A stretch of DNA of 64,000 nucleotides. It comes from Candidatus Wolfebacteria bacterium GW2011_GWE2_44_13. Its GTDB lineage: Bacteria; Patescibacteriota; Minisyncoccia; UBA6257; UBA9933. Below the pieces are notes generated by a model, which ran no database searches, was not told the origin of the DNA, and worked only from the letters and a program-made list of their open reading frames with translations. Below are positions 57,945 to 64,000 of this stretch, in pieces. Numbering within the stretch: the first letter of the stretch is position 1; each line of letters starts with the position of its first letter. The position numbers were made by a program, and so were the translations under genes. Where the stretch lies: positions 67,873 to 131,872 of the forward strand of contig LCHW01000003.1 in NCBI GenBank assembly GCA_001000675.1. The letters are read 5' to 3'.

Positions 57945-58856
57945 ATGCATAAACCTAAACTTATAGTTATCCTTGGGCCAACTGCTTCAGGTAAAAGCGA
58001 CCTTGCTGTTGCAATTGCCCGCTTTATTGCACACCAAAAGCTTGCTACTGGCGCTGAAGTTATATCGGCTGATTCGCGCCAAGTATATACGGGCCTTGAT
58101 ATTGGGTCAGGGAAAATCACCCAAAAAGAAATGCGCGCCATCCCTCATCATCTTCTTAATGTTGCTTCTCCTAAGCGAACGTTTACTGTCACACAATATC
58201 AACGACTTGCAAAAAAAGCCATCCGCACTATCACAAAAGAAAATCGTATTCCTATTCTTTGTGGCGGAACAGGATTATATATTGATGCCATAACACACAA
58301 CTATATTCTTCCCGCTGTTCCGCCACAACCGCTCTTGCGCAAAGAGCTCGAACTGCAATCGACTGAAATGTTGTTCGCGCAACTCGAGCAACTCGACCCT
58401 CATCGAGCCCGAACAATTGATCGACACAATCGTCGCCGATTAATTCGTGCGCTCGAAATTGTTCTTATTACTCACTCCCCCGTTCCCGAACTCAAAGCAT
58501 CGTCTCCATACGACTTACTTACGATTGGCATCACTCGAACACAAGAAGAGATTGCGTCGTTAATTGAAAAGCGTTTACACAAACGCATTAAGGCTGGAAT
58601 GCTTATAGAAGTTGAACGCCTACACGCCAATGGTCTTAGCTGGAAACGGCTCGATGATCTTGGTCTTGAATATCGATGGGTCAGTCGTTTTCTTCGTGGA
58701 CTTATTTCTAAAGAATTGCTGCTTGAAAAAATTCTCCTGGAAAGTATCCAGTATGCTAAGCGCCAGATGACATGGTTTAAACGTGACAAAACTATTCACT
58801 GGATTACGAGTGAAGCCGAAGCATTACAGCTTGTCAAAAATTTTCTTACACAATAA
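57945..58856 (+). CDS. miaA: tRNA dimethylallyltransferase
   Basis: Start at MHKPKL. GPTASGKS P-loop. SADSRQVY. Confidence 0.85.
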   Translation: MHKPKLIVILGPTASGKSDLAVAIARFIAHQKLATGAEVISADSRQVYTGLDIGSGKITQKEMRAIPHHLLNVASPKRTFTVTQYQRLAKKAIRTITKENRIPILCGGTGLYIDAITHNYILPAVPPQPLLRKELELQSTEMLFAQLEQLDPHRARTIDRHNRRRLIRALEIVLITHSPVPELKASSPYDLLTIGITRTQEEIASLIEKRLHKRIKAGMLIEVERLHANGLSWKRLDDLGLEYRWVSRFLRGLISKELLLEKILLESIQYAKRQMTWFKRDKTIHWITSEAEALQLVKNFLTQ

Positions 58857-58889
58857 AAAATCGCCAGCCCGAGGCTGACGATTTTTTTC
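58855..58889. terminator. bidirectional terminator AAAAAATCGCCAGCCCGAGGCTGACGATTTTTTT
   Basis: Hairpin flanked by A- and T-runs between convergent genes. Confidence 0.65.
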
Positions 58890-59138
58890 TTATGCATGCC
58901 CCGCTCCGTCTTCGCGCTCCTTTTTTTCAAGTTGTCTCATAAGCGTTGCGATCGTGCTTGAAATTTCTTCGGCTGACATGTCTTCTGCCATCCGTGCAAT
59001 ATCTTTTTTTGACTTCTCAACTGACATGCTCGTTGCTTCGAATCCAGCTCGTTGCGCTTTCTCTCGTGCAATTTTTAATTTATCTTCGATTCCTTTCCCC
59101 TCCCCTGGCATTGCGGTATAGTTTCTCATATGTTCCAT
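58890..59138 (-). CDS. hypothetical small protein
   Basis: 82 aa. Helical, charged. Confidence 0.35.
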   Translation of the reverse strand: MEHMRNYTAMPGEGKGIEDKLKIAREKAQRAGFEATSMSVEKSKKDIARMAEDMSAEEISSTIATLMRQLEKKEREDGAGHA

Positions 59139-59156
59139 ACGTAGATAATTAATTAT

Positions 59157-60596
59157 TTATTTTAATAATTCTTCAAATAGACCTTTGAGTTCTTCTGGAT
59201 TTGCACGGCCCTTCATTTTGCCCATCACTTTTCCAACAAGAAACTGTAATGCGTTTTGTTGTCCCTTTTTATAATCCTCAATTGCTTTTGGATTTTCTTC
59301 GATTGTCTCCTTGATTACGCCCTGCAACATCTCTGTCGAAATATCTTCGTTCAATCCTTTTGCATTCATGATCTCATCGGGATCAGCTCCGGTATCAAAC
59401 ATTTCCTTTAATACATCTTTTGCGAGCCTGCTGTTTAATTTACCCTGCGCAACGAATGCGATAACTCGCGCAAAATGGAATGGGGTTACTTTTAGCGCAT
59501 CCAATCCAATCCCCGCTTCTTTCATCATCCCCCGCAAGTCACTTATGAAATAGTTGTATACTGAACTGCTTTGCATGTCGGATTGTATTGCCCTTGCTTC
59601 ACTTACTGCTCGCTCAAACCATTCGGCTGTTTCGATACTTTCGGCCAAGATGTTTGCTTGTTCTTCTCCTAGGCCGTATTCGGATACAAGTCGTTCTCGC
59701 TTTTGCTGTGGCAGCTCGATAATTTCATCTTTAATACTCTCCATATCAAAATGCGCGAGATCGATTGCCGGAAGATCAGGTTCTGGGAAATAACGATAAT
59801 CGTGTGCTTGCTCCTTTAATCGCTGCAACACGGTTTCCTTTTTCTTTTCATCCCAGCCGCGCGTTGACTGCACTACCTTCTCCCCTCGTTCCAACAACTC
59901 TATTTGTCGTTTAATTTCAAAATCGATTGAATCACTTACTGCGCGGAATGAGTTGAGGTTTTTTACCTCTACTTTTGTTCCCAGTTCATCGGTTTTACTC
60001 ACTGAAATATTTGCTTCTACACGCATCTGCCCTTTTTCCATATCTGCATCGGAAATGCCAAGGTAGCGTAAAATGAGCTGCAATTCTTTTGCGAATGCAA
60101 CTGCCTGCTCTCCGCTGGTAATATCCGGCTTTGTCACCAACTCCATAAGTGGCATACTCGAACGGTTATAGTCGATTAAGCTCGCTGGCTTCGCATCTTT
60201 CGGATAATCGGTAAGCTGACTTGAGTGTGCAATGCGCGCTGTGTCTTCTTCTAAGTGCACGCGCTCCAATCGAACACCCTTAAGCACTCCCCCCGCAACA
60301 AGCGGCTGGTCGTATTGTGATATTTGATAGGCTTTTGGTAAGTCCGGATAAAAATAATTCTTTCGATCGAATTTTGATATGGTTGGGATTTCGGACCCTA
60401 ATGCCATACCAAGCTTAATAACCTTGCGCACCGCTTCTTTATTAATCGTCGGCAAGCAGCCTGGATGCCCAGTGCATACGGGGCAAATATTTACATTTGC
60501 ATGCCGCTCCTCTGGGTCATTTGCGCACCCGCAGAACATCTTTGTCTTTGTCTTTAATTCGCTGTGGATCTCAAGTCCGATTGTTGGTTTGTACAT
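59157..60596 (-). CDS. gatB: Asp/Glu-tRNA(Asn/Gln) amidotransferase subunit B
   Basis: 479 aa. GLEIHSEL...MFCGC. C-terminal YqeY-like tail. Confidence 0.9.
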   Translation of the reverse strand: MYKPTIGLEIHSELKTKTKMFCGCANDPEERHANVNICPVCTGHPGCLPTINKEAVRKVIKLGMALGSEIPTISKFDRKNYFYPDLPKAYQISQYDQPLVAGGVLKGVRLERVHLEEDTARIAHSSQLTDYPKDAKPASLIDYNRSSMPLMELVTKPDITSGEQAVAFAKELQLILRYLGISDADMEKGQMRVEANISVSKTDELGTKVEVKNLNSFRAVSDSIDFEIKRQIELLERGEKVVQSTRGWDEKKKETVLQRLKEQAHDYRYFPEPDLPAIDLAHFDMESIKDEIIELPQQKRERLVSEYGLGEEQANILAESIETAEWFERAVSEARAIQSDMQSSSVYNYFISDLRGMMKEAGIGLDALKVTPFHFARVIAFVAQGKLNSRLAKDVLKEMFDTGADPDEIMNAKGLNEDISTEMLQGVIKETIEENPKAIEDYKKGQQNALQFLVGKVMGKMKGRANPEELKGLFEELLK

Positions 60597-60774
60597 AGGT
60601 AGAGTGGAGAGATGTGAGATACGAGGTACGAGACGGGCTCGAAAATCACTCGCTCAGAGTACCTGCTCGTTTCAATTATTTAATTCTATTGTACGGTACT
60701 TTTGGAACATTCTGCAACTTTGCGATTCACAATACAAACGTGGCGTATAAAACGCAAAAATCGCCCGAGGGCGA

Positions 60775-61828
<1,054 letters not shown>

Positions 61829-61836
<8 letters not shown>

Positions 61837-62500
61837 ATTCCCTGTCGGTAAATACTACAAGTCTTTTTGAATAGCTCTGTTTCCCTTTGTTCCATATTCC
61901 TTGGCATGTCACGAGATTGAGATGTGCTTTCCCGTCAGTTGATTCAAATACATCTGTGGCGTCTGCGTACTGATCGTATGATTTGATTTCCCGGATAACA
62001 AAGGTGATGACCTGCCCCTTTTCATCTTCTATGGATATTTTATCACCTTTTACTAACATGTGTAGATTATCAAATACTGCGGGCAAGTTATTCTTCCACC
62101 CATAGTGCCCAGCAATAACGGCACTCCCCGTAGTCCCTGGACGCGGCCCGAGTTTGAACCAAGCTCCGTTCGCTGCTTCCTTCGGTGCGTCCATTGCTCC
62201 CTGGGGAGTGAGTCCAACGTACTCAACAGGGGCATCAACATTAATCGCAGGAATCTTAAGACGCATCGGGAGCACTACCGCCACCTGCTTAAGGGCTACG
62301 ATAGTCTGAACAACTTCGAGTATTGGCTCGCTGATTATAGGATCAGGGACAATAGGCTCTGCTATTGGTAAGACAGGCTGAATATATGCTCCTTGCATAC
62401 GCAACACCTGAATCGGAAAAAACATTGCTAGCGTAAAAAAGGTAACCCCTGCTATACCCGCAGTTATGAGTATCTTTGTGGCTATCTTTTTAAATTGCAT
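61829..62500 (-). CDS. sortase family transpeptidase (class E/F-like)
   Basis: 223 aa. N-terminal TM. VIAGH. LVTC catalytic Cys. Conserved Arg downstream. Confidence 0.65.
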
Positions 62501-62518
62501 ATAGTATCTAAATAATTC

Positions 62519-64000
62519 TTAGCTATGCGCGAGTTTCATAGGTATTTCGAACCAGAAGGTGCTTCCCTCACCCTCTTTACTTTCAAACCCGATTGTTCCT
62601 TCATGCTGTTCGATAAAACTTTTTGCTATAAACAGCCCTAAGCCAAAGGAGTCAGGTTGCATAACCGTCGCATTTGAAGCTCGGAAGAACCGCGTAAACA
62701 CGCGGTGTTGCTCTGGGGTAGGGATACCGACTCCGGAATCTTTCACCTCAAATCGAACCTTATCCCCCTTTCTTTCCAATCTCGCTATAATTTTACCGTT
62801 CTCTTTGGTATAAATAATTGCGTTCTCCATCATCTTATTAATTGCTGCTCTAATTTTCTCACCATCCCCTTCAATGGTCGGCAAGTCACCTTCAGGAGCA
62901 ATATATTCACAGGCAATATTTTTCAATTCACTCCGCTTCGTTATTTCATTCATAACCGCAGCGGCAATACTATCAAGGGCCACCTCGTCTTTCTCAAATA
63001 CAATACGCCCTTCTTCGATGTCTATGGCTGTAAGGAGGTCGTGAATTCGATGCGTTATTTCTACGCTCGATTTATGTGTAGCTAACAAAAACTTTTGCAC
63101 TGTATCATCTAGCTTTCCGAAATCGCCATCCAGAACCGACTCCAAATTCCAATTCACGACCGTTAGTGGCGTTCGTAATTGGTGCGACATAATACTAATA
63201 AACTTACTGCGCACCTCGTTTAATTCCTTGATTTGTCTATCTGATTTTTTACGGGCAGTAATATCGCGCTCCACTATCGAAGCACCAATGATTGTTCCGT
63301 CTTCTGTTTTAATTGGAGAAATTGAAAGCGCTATATCAATCTGCACACCGTCCTTCCTCACTCGAACAGAATCGTAGTCTGCAATTGCCTCCCCTTCTTT
63401 AATCTTATTCAATAATGTCGATACTTCGTTTTGTATTTCTAAGGGAAGTAAAAATATAACCGGCTTTCCTATCGCTTCCTCTGGAGAATATCCAAACATC
63501 TTTACTGCGCCCCGATTCCACGTCGTTATAATGCCATCAAGTGTTTCTCCGATAATTGCATCGTATGAGTTTTCTACGATTAGCTGGGTTTGTCGCAATG
63601 ACTCTTCGCTCTTTTTTCTCAAGGTTATATCGCGCCCAACAAGAGAGGCTCCGATAATAGTGCCGTCCTCAGTATGCACAGGGGAAATAGAAAACTCCAC
63701 ATTAGCCTGCGTCCCGTCTTCCCGCAACCAAATCGAATCATAATCAGCTATAACTTCTCCACGTCGCACCTTTTCAAGGAGTCGTGGCAGCTCATCTTTT
63801 AGCTCTGGCGTAAACAAATTTGTCATCGGCTTCCCAATCACCTCGCTTGGCGAATACCCAAACATCTTTACAGCTCCTCCATTCCAGCTCGTAATAATTC
63901 CGTCGAGCGTCTTTCCAATAATGGCATCGTGCGACTCTTCTACAATTAATTGAATTTGACGCATTGACTCCTCTGCCCCTTTGCGTAACGTGATATCGCG
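62519..64000 (-). CDS. multi-PAS sensor histidine kinase (5' end beyond window)
   Basis: At least two PAS domains in the window. A third begins upstream: the in-frame RDITLRKGAEES sequence continues past 64000. H-box MSHQLRTPLT. HATPase_c. Confidence 0.85.
   Translation of the reverse strand, partial: RDITLRKGAEESMRQIQLIVEESHDAIIGKTLDGIITSWNGGAVKMFGYSPSEVIGKPMTNLFTPELKDELPRLLEKVRRGEVIADYDSIWLREDGTQANVEFSISPVHTEDGTIIGASLVGRDITLRKKSEESLRQTQLIVENSYDAIIGETLDGIITTWNRGAVKMFGYSPEEAIGKPVIFLLPLEIQNEVSTLLNKIKEGEAIADYDSVRVRKDGVQIDIALSISPIKTEDGTIIGASIVERDITARKKSDRQIKELNEVRSKFISIMSHQLRTPLTVVNWNLESVLDGDFGKLDDTVQKFLLATHKSSVEITHRIHDLLTAIDIEEGRIVFEKDEVALDSIAAAVMNEITKRSELKNIACEYIAPEGDLPTIEGDGEKIRAAINKMMENAIIYTKENGKIIARLERKGDKVRFEVKDSGVGIPTPEQHRVFTRFFRASNATVMQPDSFGLGLFIAKSFIEQHEGTIGFESKEGEGSTFWFEIPMKLAHS

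Overview
This is an AT-rich (roughly 40% GC by eye) bacterial chromosomal segment, coded almost entirely on the minus strand. The gene content points to a small-genome, Gram-positive-type organism: short proteins, a short pyruvate kinase, class II RNR, a VKOR-DsbA pair, a sortase, tRNAs lacking encoded CCA and many ORFans. It may be CPR/Patescibacteria-like, but that is inference only.

Housekeeping genes recognised from sequence:
- Translation, RNA and tRNA processing: lepA, ileS, gatB, miaA, cca, rny, ybeY, rnhB.
- Central metabolism and cell envelope: uppS, rpe, pyruvate kinase, a class I/II aminotransferase, a GT2 glycosyltransferase.
- Replication, repair and division: recA, ftsK, ftsZ, ftsA, a FtsB-like protein, a RodZ-like protein, nrdJ with an ATP-cone, a mini-UvrA plus a PHP/EndoQ-like pair.
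- Transcription and DNA binding: HU, an ECF sigma factor and two tandem sigma-70 paralogs.
- Proteases, redox and transporters: an M16 peptidase, an M50 protease, a VKOR+DsbA pair, MFS, AI-2E and AEC transporters.
- Signalling: a multi-PAS histidine kinase that runs off the window edge.
- Six tRNAs: Ser-GCT, Pro-CGG, Arg-TCG, Lys-TTT, Lys-CTT, Gly-GCC.

The most interesting region is about 15.4-25.7 kb. A large serine recombinase gene abuts and reads into tRNA-Lys(CTT), followed by about 10 kb of ORFan genes. These include a holin-like membrane protein and a secreted peptidoglycan-binding protein. They also include a tightly overlapping four-gene operon. Its genes are a Panacea/DUF4065 (PanA-like) antitoxin-type protein, a 3-TM membrane protein, a small PD-(D/E)xK nuclease-fold protein and a 425-aa protein with no recognisable family. 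The operon is followed by a tandem-repeat protein and a lipoprotein cassette flanked by identical hairpins. I read this as an integrated mobile element carrying a candidate undescribed toxin-antitoxin / anti-phage module.

Other notable items:
- IleS carries a roughly 200-aa histidine-phosphatase (PGAM-family, RHGQSEN motif) domain inserted between the editing domain and the second half of the catalytic core.
- A dispersed 25-bp palindromic REP-like repeat (GGATTCCCGCCTTCGCGGGAATGAC) is present in at least 9 copies and creates artefactual N-terminal ORF extensions.
- One sigma-70 paralog has an apparently duplicated region 4.
- A Mur-ligase-like protein has a degenerate P-loop.
- A set of GC-rich small ORFans is scattered among the housekeeping genes.
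- A collagen-like (G-X-T repeat) peptidoglycan-binding protein sits next to a sortase.
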